Part shown: positions 26,175 to 42,240 of the stretch, one piece after another
How the letters are laid out: every line of letters starts with the position of its first letter
How positions within the stretch are numbered: the stretch's first letter is position 1
Source of the DNA: the human T2T-CHM13v2.0 reference genome, Homo sapiens
Direction: 5' to 3' (one strand)
Assembly: GCF_009914755.1 (NCBI RefSeq)
Contig: NC_060930.1
Length of the DNA stretch: 64,000 nucleotides
Position numbers and translations under genes: made by a program
The notes under the pieces: model-generated
The model's database searches: none
Told to the model about the DNA's origin: nothing
What the model saw: the letters and a program-made list of their open reading frames with translations, nothing else

Positions 26175-28204
26175 CTAAAGTTAGTGTACTTATAAACAGC
26201 ATAAAATTGGGTCATAAGTTTTTAGTCTCTCTGATAATATCTTTAATTGGAATGAGTACACCATTTACATATTTTTAAAACGTATTGATATGTAAGACTT
26301 GTACATATTTTGCAGCTACATGTGATATTTCGCTACATGTATAAAATGTGTTACAGTCAAATCAGGGTAATTGGGATCACCAGCTATATTTGGATTTAAA
26401 TCTACCTTGTTGAACTATCAACTTTTCTATTCGTCCATGTTCTTTTTTTCCCTATTTCCTGCTATTTAATAAAATAATTTGTTAGGTAAGTCTGAAGCAT
26501 TTTTAAGTCTAGGACTGCTTTTTATCCACTATTTGAGTAAGCCTTCCTGAATATTCTACCTAATATTCTGTAAATTGTGAGTTTTTCTCAGGCTGGTTGG
26601 TTGGAACAGGTACTATTCCTGGCTTTCTTGAGTGTTGGGCACTGTTTCCTTTAATCCTTCCAGATGGTTCTTTCTCCCAGCTCTGGATATTTTCCTCACA
26701 CTCATTAGCTCATCAGCTTTTTCTTAAATAATTGATGGGGACCTTCTGTAGATGTCTGGAATTCTCTCTGTATGCAGCTCTCTTTGTGAACAGTAACTTC
26801 CTTGGTATCTCTGTACTGTCACCTCTATTTCCGTATGGGTGCTCCTTATTGTATCTTGGCTTAAAATTTTTCTCGTGACATTCAAAGACATATAGTAATC
26901 ATAGAGCTTATCTTTTTTTGTTTTCTATTTGTCCAGATTCATTGTCCATTATTAACTTATATCCACTATTTTTTATTGTTTCAGGCAAGAGAGGACATTC
27001 AGTACCTGTTTCTTCATCTAGATGGAAAGCTGAAGTCTACAAATGCATTTTAGAATAAAAACTGAACATATTTATTTTAGTCAGTCTCAACAGGAAGTAG
27101 ATGGCAAAATCAAATGTGAAAAATGTGAAGACTGTTTATATCCAGGGTGGGGGGGAGATATTTACAGAGGTTTAGTGGTTTATAGGGGAAACCAAAAGAA
27201 ACAGTATAAAACTCCCAGGTTTTTTTTGTTTGTTTGTTTTTGTTTTTGTTTTTTAGCAGAGCTGTTATTAACCGTAGTCTTTTGGGGTGTAGGACCAAAA
27301 GTCCTTAATAAAACTCTAAAAAAGAGGGTCAAGGGAGCTCCCTCTAAAGAATTCACAAGCTGAGGTGACTCTGAGGAGGGGGCCAGGCAACAACACTCAC
27401 CTTACTTGGTTCCTTCTCTATTTTCTTTTACCTATAAGCTAAATCCAAACCAGAAGCCAAAGGACAAGAAGACACCTGCAATAGTTGATAGAGGCCACCT
27501 TTCTAGAGCACAGAGCAGGGGGATTTGCAAAGAAAATGGAAGATATCCAACATAATAAGCTCCTCGGCATTCCTCTACCCTCTCAGTTGCACAAACCAGT
27601 GACCTGGTAGTATTTGATTCCTTCTTGTTCCTCACCTCCCCACATTCAACTGGCCAACAATTCTGTAGGCTCTACTTCTTAATATGTTACATATTTATCA
27701 CTTCTTCTCCAACTGTAGTCCTGCCACTGTCTGCTTTTATGTCATTACCATTGTTCCATATACTTTGCTATAACTTCTTAAATGCTTTCTTGGCCTCCCA
27801 GGTTTACTCCATCCTCTTCAGTTCATACATTGTTTAAAGATAGTGTGATTTTTTAAAAATTCCATTCTGATCACACTGTTTCCCACCTTTGTGTTTTTGA
27901 ATTGTTCAAAAACTTCTTAACGTGGACTTCAGGACTATCTATTTTCTGGCTTCTACCATTGTTACAACCTTAAAAAAGAGGCAGTCATAAAATACGACCT
28001 ACACAGCTGGCTGTTTTCAATAAATACCTCTTGATACCTTCTGATTCCCTAGTGTTCAAATGTCATCAATCTTCGTATTGTTAATTCTAGGTTAACTTTT
28101 CTACACATCATTGTACTAGCTTACTACATCAACCAAGTAATGCCTCTTTAATGCTCATTAAACTAAGAATTACTTCTGTTAATCTTTATATGATTTCTCT
28201 TAAA

Positions 28205-28289
28205 AGAATCGCTTGAACCCGGGAGGTGGAGGTTGCAGTGAGGTGAGACCACGCCACTGCACTCCAGCCTGGGCAACAAGAATGAAACT
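28205..28289 (+). mobile_element. Alu right-arm fragment without poly-A, fused to an L1
   Basis: agaatcgcttgaacccgggagg...gggcaacaagaatgaaact directly followed by L1 sequence. Confidence 0.9.
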
Positions 28290-29140
28290 TGAGCTAAGGA
28301 CATGCATAGACAATTCTCAAAAGAAGATACACAAGTGGCCAACAAACATATAAAAAGTGCTCAACATCACTAATGATCAGGGAAATGCAAATCAATACCA
28401 CAATGCAATACTACTTTACTCCTGTAAGAATGGCCATAATAAAAAAATAATAAAAAATTAAAAAACAGTAGATGTTGGCATGGATGTGGCAATCAGGGAA
28501 CACTTCTACACTGCTGCTGGGAATGTAAACTACTAGAGCCACTATGGAAAACAGTGTGGAGATTCCTTAAAGAACTAAAAGTAGAACTACCATTTGATCC
28601 AGGAATCCCACTACTGGGTATCTACCCAGAGGAAAAGAGGTAATTATTTGAAAAAGATTGTTGCATACCCATGTTTATAGTAGCACAATTCACAACCGCA
28701 AAATCATGGAACCAACCCACATGCCCATCAATCAATGAGTGGATGAAGAAACTGTGATATATATATATGAAGGAATTTATATATATATATATGATGGAAT
28801 ATATACATATGATGGAATATATATATATGATGGAATATATACATATGATGGAATATATATATGATGGAATACATATATATGATGGAATATATAAACCAAA
28901 TGTCGTATGTTCTCACTGACATGTGGGAGCTAAGCTATGAGGATGCAAAGGGATAAGAATAATACAATGGATTTTGGGGACTTGGGGGGAAGAGTGGGAG
29001 GGGTGAAGGATAAAAGACAACCAATATGGTGCAGTGTATACTGCTCAGGTGATGGGTGCTCCAGGATCTCACAAATCACCACTAAAGAACTTATTCATGT
29101 AATCAAATACCACCTGTACCTCAATAACTTATAGAAAAAA
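28290..29140 (+). mobile_element. L1PB-like 3' fragment
   Basis: gctaaggacatgcatagacaattctc... and an L1PB-type 3' UTR (tgctcaggtgatgggtgc...caccactaaagaacttattcatgtaa). Confidence 0.85.
28756..28893. repeat. AT-rich minisatellite (atatatatgatggaat)n inside the L1PB
   Basis: About 7 imperfect units of atga(t)ggaat separated by (AT)n. Confidence 0.9.
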
Positions 29141-29429
29141 AGAACAGAGTAGAAAACGGGTGATGTTTTGCTTATTTACTTGTTTGCTCTCTCTCTTTTT
29201 CCATTCCAAATAAATTCCATGATGACAAGTTCTTATGACAATGTTTTTAAATTCTATCCCTATGCCTGGAGTAGAAAAACAATAATTATAAAACTTGGCA
29301 TTTATTCAGAAAGCCCAGATTCTTGTCACCCTTTTCCATTCTATTTCCCTTTTAACTGACATCTAACCCCTCACAACTCTGCTCTCATCTTTTCATTACT
29401 TTTTTCAAAAGTTTAATCATTTCTAGAAT

Positions 29430-29630
29430 GTCTGGGTATTCACATAATTCCACCACTTATTAGCTTGTGACCTGTGGCAAATTCCTCTTTGTACCTCAGT
29501 TTCCTGATCGGTAAAATAGGAATAACTACTACCTAAGGGTGTTGTTATGAGGAATAAATGAGTAAGTATATTAAATATTTAGATCAGTGTTTGGACTATT
29601 GGAAGCAATCCACAAGAGTTACTTGTTATT
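29430..29630 (+). mobile_element. MIR
   Basis: ccacttattagcttgtgacc...cctcagtttcctgatcggtaaaatagg...gttgttatgagga. Confidence 0.75.
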
Positions 29631-29819
29631 ATAATGAAATCAAATCTAAGTTTTTATTCTGTCCCTTCTCCTTTCTAAGGCCAGTCAGTCCATCTGATTA
29701 GCGTTATATTTCCCCATTAATTTTCACCTCATCTGGTACCTTGCTCTCAATTATTTTATTCTTCTGGATCTTCTACTTCTCTCTTTGCACTGGCTCTCTT
29801 TCATCAGCATTTAAACATC

Positions 29820-30165
29820 TGAATATTTCTTCAGCTGGAAACATGCTTCCCCTTGATCTCAATATGACTTATGCCCTCACTTCATTTAAGTCTTTGCTTG
29901 AAAGTCACTTCATCAGAGAAGCTGTCACTGATCACTTCACTGAAAATTGCACCATCTCTCCCTACGTCCTTTTCTACTTTCTTACTTTATTTTTCTCCAT
30001 GGCATTTATGACCATCTCACATTTTGCCTACTTGTTTATTCTGTCTCGTCTTCCACTCTGACTAAATTCCATGAAGGCAAGTCCATATGCCATTCTGTTA
30101 CATTCACCACAGTATTCCAGTATCTGATATGTAGTAGAAATTCAATGAATATTGATTAAATTAAG
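29820..30165 (+). mobile_element. L2a 3' fragment
   Basis: ccctcacttcatttaagtctttgctt...ccatgaaggcaag...ttcaatgaatattgatt. Confidence 0.65.
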
Positions 30166-31996
30166 GAATGTAAGAAAAAAATTAACAAACTTATCCATAG
30201 AAGGCCCAAATGCTCCAGCTACTAACATCATTTGCTTCACAGAGCAGCATCTACAAAGAATTCTCTGTTCTGATCTCTTTTTATTTCCCATTCATTTCTC
30301 ATTCCTCAGGAAGTTGACCTCCATTCCCTCTATTTCACTTAAGTGGCTCTTGGAAATTAAGTTTATATGTTGCATCTTACTAATGTTATAGAAACATCTA
30401 TGAATTTTTTTTCTGTTAACTTCAACTTTAAACAAAGCAGGCTCATTGTTTTTAAGAAATTAAGTTCTAAAGTATCAAAAAGTTTTCTAAATAAAGCAGA
30501 TATCATATAAAATAACTAGTACTGTATTTCAGACATTAACAGTAAATAGAATTTGATGCTTAGATAGCTTTGATGCTTAGATCCCACCTTGGGTAGGATA
30601 GGGAATGACAGTGTGAGAGGAACAAAACAGTAGAAAACGTCAATGTACAGGTAAGACATAGGTTTATTGGAGAAAAAAATTCCAGATAATATTCAGCATC
30701 AAAGGATCTGGCAATAGGCAATAGGCATAGATCCAGGTAGTTAGCATAAGAACAGGCTGCCTATTATGGAGTGAATGGTGTCTTCCCAAATTCATAGGTT
30801 GAATCTCTATCCACTAGTACCTCAGAATGTGACTCTATTTGGAGATAGGGCCTTTAAAGTGGTGATTAAGTTAAAATGAAGCTGTCCAGGGCAGGTCTTA
30901 ATCCAATATGACTGACATCCTTATAAGAAGATTGGTGGAGCCAAGATGGCCGAATAGGAACAGCTCCAGTCTACAGCTCCCAGCGTGAGCGACGCAGAAG
31001 ACCGGGTGATTTCTGCATTTCCAACTGAGGTTCCGGGTTCATCTCACTGGGGAGTGCCAGACAGTGGGTGCAGGAAAGTGGGTGCAGCGCACCGTGTGTG
31101 AGCAGAAGTAGGGCAAGGCATCGCCTCACTCAGCAAGCGCAAGGTGTCAGGGAATTCCCTTTCCTAGTCAAAGAAAGGGGTGACAGACGGCACGTGGAAA
31201 ATCGGGTCACTCCCACCCTAATACTGCACTTTTCCAATGGGCTTACCAAACGGCACACAAGGAGATTATATCCGGCACATGGCTCGGAGGATACTATGCC
31301 CATGGAGCCTCACTAGCACAGCAGTCTGAGATCAAACTGCAAGGTGGCAGCAAGGCTTGGGGAGGGGCACCTGCCAGTGCCCAGGCTTGAGTAGGTAAAC
31401 AAAGCAGCCAGGAAGCTTGAACTGGGTGGAGCCCACCACAGCTCAAGGAGGCCTGCCTGCCTCTGTAGGCTCCACCTCTGGGGGCAGGGCACAGACAAAC
31501 AAAAGGCAGCAGTAACCTCTGCAGACTTAAATGTCCCTCTCTGACAGCTTTGAAGAGAGTAGTGGTTCTCCCAGCATGCAGCTTGAGATCTGAGAATGGG
31601 CAGACTGCCTCCTCAAGTGGGTCCCTGACCCCCAAGTAGCCTAACTGGGAGGCATCCCCCAGTGGGGGCGGTCTGACACCTCACATGGCCGGGTACTCCT
31701 CTGAGACAAGACTTCCAGAGGAACAATCAGGCAGCAGCATTTGCAGTTCACCAATATATGCTGTTCTGTAGCCACCGCTGCTGATACCCAGGCAAACAGG
31801 GTCTGGAGTGGACCTTCAGCAAACTCCAACAGACCTGCAGCTGAGGGTCCTGACTGTCAGAAGGAAAACTAACAAACAGAAAGGACATCCACACCAAAAA
31901 CCCATCTGTACATCACCATCATCAAAGACCAAAGGTAGATAAAATCACAAGGGTAGATAAAATCACAATCTACCTTCCCCAAAGGTAGATAAAATC

Positions 31997-32986
31997 TAGG
32001 GAAAAAAACAGAGCAGAAAAACTGGAAACTAAAAATCAGAGTGCCTCTCCTCCTCCAAAGGAACACAGCTCCTCACCAGCAATGGAACAAAGCTGGACGG
32101 AGAATGACTTTGACGAGTCGAGAGAAGAAGGATTCAGAAGATCAAACTACTCTGAGCTAAAGGAGGAAGTTCAAACCAATGCAAAGAAGTTAAAAACCTT
32201 GAAAAAAAATTAGATGAATGGCTAGCTAGAATAACAAATGCAGAGAAGTCTTTAAAGGACCTGATGGAGCTGAAAACCACAGCACAAGAACTATGTGATG
32301 AATGCACAAGCCTCAGTAGCCAATGCAATCAACTGGAAGAAAGGGTATCAATGATGGAAGACGAAATGAATGAAATGAAGTGAGAAGTTTAGAGAAAAAA
32401 GAATAAAAAGAAATGAACAAAGCCTCCAAGAAATATGGGACTATGTGAAAACTCCAAATCTACGTCTGATTGGTGTACCTGAAAGTGATGGGAGAATGGA
32501 ACCAAGTTGAAAAACACTCTGCAGGATATTATCTAGGAGAACTTCCCCAATCTACCAAGGCAGGCCAACATTAAAATTCAGGAAATACAGAGAACGCCAC
32601 AGAGATACTCCTCGAGAAGAGCAACTCCAAGACACATAATTGTCGATTAGGAAAAAATGCTAAGGGCAACCATAGAGAAAGGTTGGGTTACCAACAAAGG
32701 GAAGCCCATCAGACTAACAGTGGATCTCTTGGCAGAAACTGTACAAGCCAGAAGAGAGTGGGGGCCAATATTCAACATTCTTAAAGAAAAGAATTTTCAA
32801 CCCAGAATTTCATATCCAGCCAAACTAAGCTTCATAAGTGAAGGAGAAATAAAATCCTTTACAGACAAGCAAATGCTGAGAGATTCTGTCACCACCAGGC
32901 CTGCCCTAAAAGAGCTCCTGAAGGAAGCACTAAACATGGAAAGGAACAACTGGTACCAGCCTCTGCAAAAACGTGCCAAATTGTAA
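31997..32986 (+). pseudogene. L1 ORF1p remnant
   Basis: C-terminal ORF ...ARREWGPIFNILKEKNFQPRISYPAKLSF...; start codon destroyed; internal stops, frameshifts and a deletion near 32647. Confidence 0.92.
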
Positions 32987-33049
32987 AGACCATCAAGGCT
33001 AGGAAGAAAGTGCATCAACTAATGAGCAAAATAACCAACAAACATCATA

Positions 33050-36882
<3,833 letters not shown>

Positions 36883-38177
36883 ACAATGAGAACACATGGA
36901 CACAGGAAGGGGAACATCACACACCGGGGACTGTTGTGGGGTGGAGGGAGGGGGGAGGGATACCATTAGGAGATATACCTAATGCTAAATGACGAGGTAA
37001 TGGGTGCAGCACACCAACATGGCACATGTATACGTATGTAACAAACCAACACATGTACCCTAAAACTTAAAGTATAATAACAATAAAATTTTAAAAAACA
37101 CTAAAAACATAAAAAATAAATAAATAAATAAAAAGAAGATTAATTTTAAACACACGAAGGAACACCAGGGGCATGTATGCACAGAGAAATGGCCATGTGA
37201 GGACACAGCAGGAAGATGGCTACCTGCAAGCCAAGGAGAGAAATCTCTGAAGAAGCCAAATCTGCCAACACTTTCCCCTTGGACTTCCAGACTCCAGAAC
37301 TATGAGAACATAAATTTCTGTTGCTTAAGCCACTCAGTCTCTGGTATTTTGTTAGGGGAGCCCTAGAAAACTAATGCACTGCCTTGGTACTTCGTATGGA
37401 ACAGAGGGTTAGGAATCCTTGTAGGTGCTAAAATAGATGAGCTTGACACAAGCCCTGAGAAAAACAGAGAAACACTTCTATTAATTGCTATAACAGGTCT
37501 GCTGGTATTGGAACCCTTCCATGTTAAATAATTATTCAAGCTACATATTTTATAGTGTATAATAACTGTTTAAAATAGTTATACAATGACAAATATAGGG
37601 TTATAAGCCTTGACAGAAAGGAGGAAACCAAGTTAAGCAGGTTTCTTTGTGAGAACTTTTTCAAATGCAACTAACATGCGAATATTAAGTCATCAATATT
37701 TCTTAGTTACATCATCTCAAATATAGTTCTTCTTTTATCTACTCTCAGCCTTATAGAGTTTATTTTCCACACAATAAATAGGGTTAAAAAACAAAATCGA
37801 ACACCTTTAGTGGCATCCCATCACCTTTAAACAAATTTAAATTCTTTGCATGGCTATAAGACCATATAAGAATTTGCTTTCACAAATATCTGCAACCTCT
37901 TTCCCTTGTCCCAGCTACATAGGCCTATGTTCTCCTCCTTAAATAAAGCAAATTTGTTATCTCCTTGGGCATTTTCTTAGTGTTTTCTGCATGAAAGACC
38001 CTGTTCCATAACTTGTTTCTTTGCCATTATATCCCAGTCAAAGATATTACACAGTTAGGCATTTTTAGTCTACCTGATCTCAATTAGCCCCCCTTCCCAG
38101 AAATAACCTAAAACTATCTGAAATTTTTAATTTTAAAAAATTTTATTTTTGTCTTTTACTACATTTGAAAAAAAAAA

Positions 38178-39066
38178 GTTTGTCTTACAATCGTACACCT
38201 ATAGGCTAGATTGCAAAAGCTGAGCACTCAGAAGTGTAAAATTTCAAGTTAAAGAAAAGGACAAGAAGAAAGAAGAGGCAGATGGGGCAACATAGAAGTA
38301 AGGGGATGGCATGAAAATGATTTAACCAAAAAGGAAAAGTTTTGGCAGGATTTTGCTTGATATTGCACCCTTGCCTGCATCACCTTTTTTATTCTGCTTC
38401 CACCATTCACTTAGTGTTTAATAACTTGCACATTAATTCTTGTTAATGTACTGCTCCTGAATAGCTTAACCTAAGATAAATCCTAATATTTAATCCAGTT
38501 TTATTTATCATTTAAAAGGAAAAGAGAAAATCAAAACCAATTGCTAAGTTAAATATTTAATAATGTCTATGTGTTCTTGCATAAATACTGTCAGAGTAAA
38601 ATCTGGGAACCTCATAATTTTCTGAGCAAATCAGACTTGGAGAGATGAGTCTCAAATATGCTAGGATTGGAGAGGTACTGGGATTCTAAGCCAGTGTTGG
38701 ATAGAGAGGCAAGGCTATGAAATGATTTGGTGGTCAAAAAAAGAAAAATGTTTGTCTTGCAATTGTATCCCCTATAAGCTAGATTGCAAAATCTGAATGC
38801 TCAAAAATGTAAAGTTAAAGAGAAGGATAAGGAATAATAAGAGGCAGATTGGGAGATACAGAAGTAAGAGGATGGAATAGAAATGATTTAACACAAAAGG
38901 AAAAGGCTTGGCAGGATTTTGCTTAAAATTGCACCCTTGCCTGCCTCACCTTTTTTATTCTGCTTCCACCATTCACTTAGTATTTAATAACTTCCACATT
39001 AATTCTCGTTAAGGTGCTGCTTCTGAGTAGCTTAACCTAAGATAAATCCTAATATTTAATCCAGTT
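38178..39066. repeat. Local direct duplication of ~320 bp (38178-38500 and 38750-39066)
   Basis: Alignable along its whole length; last 39 nt identical. Confidence 0.93.
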
Positions 39067-39739
39067 ATATCCAATTAGAGCCATGATAAAGAAGAGAACA
39101 AGAGCTTAGAGCCTGAGAGATCATTTCAAATATAGATGACCATTTACAGATGTATATTTGCTGATGATAAGACTTTAATAGCACCCTCTGAATGGTATTT
39201 GTTATATGCTTGGGTGAGCATTATTTAGGAAAACAGATAACCATGTAATACAGAAAAATGATTTTTTAAAAAGTAAGGTAAAACAAATATTTATAGTGTT
39301 ATGAAAATAAAATAAAGCAAACAAGGGAAACCATATTAAGGTGGAAATTGTCATCATTAATTTAGCTGATATTCTGGAAAAATTATAACATTTTAATCGA
39401 TTTGAAGTTATCTCCTTAGTCAAATATATTTAGTTTTATTAAAATTAGCTGCAGTTGAATATTAATGTATGACTTTTTAAAGAAAAGGTATCACTTTATT
39501 CATTACTTTCTCCTCTCATCTGTTCTATATTTAATTAATATCTGTAGAGTATAGGCATATATTATGTTCAATTAAACATATAAATTATATATTTAATTAA
39601 TATATATCTATAATACACATGCCTTAACTCTATAAAATATTGCTCTTTTTTAGAATTAAGAACTATGTTGTGCCAAAATTGACTGTGTATATACATATAT
39701 ATCCACATGCACACAAGATTATGTGCTAAAATTTATATT

Positions 39740-40670
39740 CAAACATCACATTTCATTAGAAAAATGCAAATTAAAACAGCAATAAGATATCACTACACAA
39801 CTATTACAATGGGGAAAATCTAAGGTACTGACAACATCAAATGCTAGCAAGGATGTGGAGTGATGGGAACTCCCATCCATTGTTGGTGGAATGCAAAATA
39901 ACACAGCTGCTTTAGAAGACAGTTTCTTAAAGCCTAAACATTGTCTTACCACACGATCCAGCAATTGTTCTCTTTGGTATTTATCCAAATGATTTGAATG
40001 ACTTATGTCTACACAAAAACCTGCATATGGAGTTTTAGAGTAGCTTTATTCATAATTGCCGAAACTTGAAAGTAGCCAAGATGTCCCTCAGTAAAATAGG
40101 TAAATAAACTGTGGTATATTCATAAAATGAAATATTACTAAGCACTATAAATCAATGAGCTAGCAAGCCATGAAAAGGCATGGAAGAAACTTCGCAGCAC
40201 ATTAATGGATGAAATAAACCAATCCGAAAAGGCTACACATTATATGATTCAAACCATTATACGACATTCTGGAAAAGGCAAAACTGAGGAGGTAGTAAAT
40301 AGATCACTGGTTGCCTGGGGATTGGGAGGAAGGCGGAAGGGATGAGTAAGTGGAGTACAGATGATTTTTAGGGCAGTGAAACTATTCTGTATGGTACTAT
40401 AATGGTGGATACATTTCATTATACATTTGTCAAAACCCATAGAATGTAAACACCAAGAATTCACCTAATGTAAACTATGGTCTTTAGTGATAATAATGTG
40501 TCAATACATAGGTTCATTGGTTGTAACAAATGTACCACTCAGACACAGGATATTGACCATGGATGAAGCCATGCCTAGGTATAAGGGAACTTTGTGTATT
40601 TGCCACTGTTTTGCAGTGAACCTAAAACTGCTGGAAAAGTCTTTTCTAACAAAAAGAATGAAAAAAATCT
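39740..40670 (+). mobile_element. L1MC-like 3' fragment
   Basis: aaatgcaaattaaaacagcaataagatatcactacac...cattctggaaaaggcaaaact...cctaatgtaaactatgg. Confidence 0.8.
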
Positions 40671-41969
40671 ATATTTAATTTTAATTGTTTCTATGCAATG
40701 TTTTTGATAGTGCTATATGAGAACTTACTGTTTCTTAATTACCTAGACATCTGCCTAAGCTTTGTGGATAAAAGTAAGAAAGTCATGCTCACTATGCTCA
40801 TTAGAATTCATACTACCTCCCTCTCACTGGAGTCTTAATGATGCAGATAAATATTTTTATTTCTTTGTGTTGGATTCTTTTCTTCTTCCCTATAGGAGAC
40901 ATTGTTGTGCTTCAAGTATCAGCTTGCTCTTTCTTCTTTAGTTCCAGATGATGGCTTTGTTGCTAATTTATGAAATTTGGCTATCCAGTGTGAGTCTCAC
41001 GTACATGGTTGTTTTTCCCCTCTTTAAAATATCTCTGTCCTAACACTTTCTGTACTTCCACAAAACATCCTAGAAATTCTACTTATTTCCAGTTTTCTTG
41101 CAGACTACATTTGACATTGCCCATAACCCTTCCAGGATAGGACTGAGTCTCTGGTCTCCTCATGCCTGAATTTGGAGTTCATATGTCACTTAGGACTCCT
41201 CATTCCTTTAAACTTTACCATTTCCTTCAGCCCTCCTGCTCTTCCCTCTGCTTAGTTATTTTCCACATTGAACACTTTTCCTTAACCCTTCTGTCCCTAC
41301 TTCAGTCCAATTCAATAAAGAGTTAATTAACCAATTAATTAATCATTGTGGGAAAAAATGAGTAGCATTAGTGGGACTAAGTTCCAATGTTAGGGTAATT
41401 TAGTCTCTGATAAATTTAATTGTACCCATATGTAATTAGTGATCATGAGAGTAAGATAATGGTTTTTAGTGATTTACAGACCAAGTACAATGGGAGACCA
41501 AGAGACCTGATGCCCCACTACAAAGATTTGCTCAGAAATGTATTAATCATGAAGACACTATTTCAAATAATTTTAAAGACGAAGTAGTAAATCAGTAGGA
41601 TGGCAATCAAGGTGGAAAGAACTGCAGAAGATAAACTATGGTATCAGACAAACAACAGAAATTGCTCAGGAATTATTAAATAGAAAAGAATAGAAGGAAA
41701 TAGGGTGATAGGAAATAGGTAGATAGTTTCTAAAAAATGAAAAGTCTGAAAGTGTAAAGAGAGGCAGTTTTACTTAATTGTGAAGACAATGAACAGCTAT
41801 TAAAAGTTTACTGTGAAGCTGATATAATTGAGGTTTCACATTTTCACAAAATATTTCTTACAGCAATGTTTAGAATAAATTAGTGTTGTGAGTGACTGTC
41901 AGTTGGAGGGCAGGATTCAGGCAGGAGTCTAATAAATTGTTCTTCTGAGAAGTAACAAATATCTCTGTG

Positions 41970-42240
41970 GAAGTTAGATAAGTGCATGTGTAAGACTTTG
42001 GACTCTGGGGCTACACTGTTGTTGGTCAACTCCTTGCTTGATTGTTTATTGTCTTAGTGATTTCAAGCAAATAATTAATTCTTTTTGAGTGCTATTTCCC
42101 AATATTTTGGAAAACAGTGACTAAAATTTTACCTCTTTTTCATATTTGTTATGAGGATTACCTAAGAGTAGTCATGAAAGGCCCTTCATGCTTTAGTAAG
42201 CACCTAGTAAGCACTCACCAAACACGAACAGCTATTGTCA
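41970..42240 (+). mobile_element. MIR (within degenerate L2-like sequence)
   Basis: ggactctggggctacactg...ttgttatgaggatta...tagtaagcactca. Confidence 0.55.

Noticed and set aside
30552-30582. Short duplication tttgatgcttagat x2
   Set aside because: Routine small slippage event with no further structure.
39520-39615. AT-rich quasi-palindromes (atatttaattaata x2)
   Set aside because: Low-complexity AT sequence; expected by chance.
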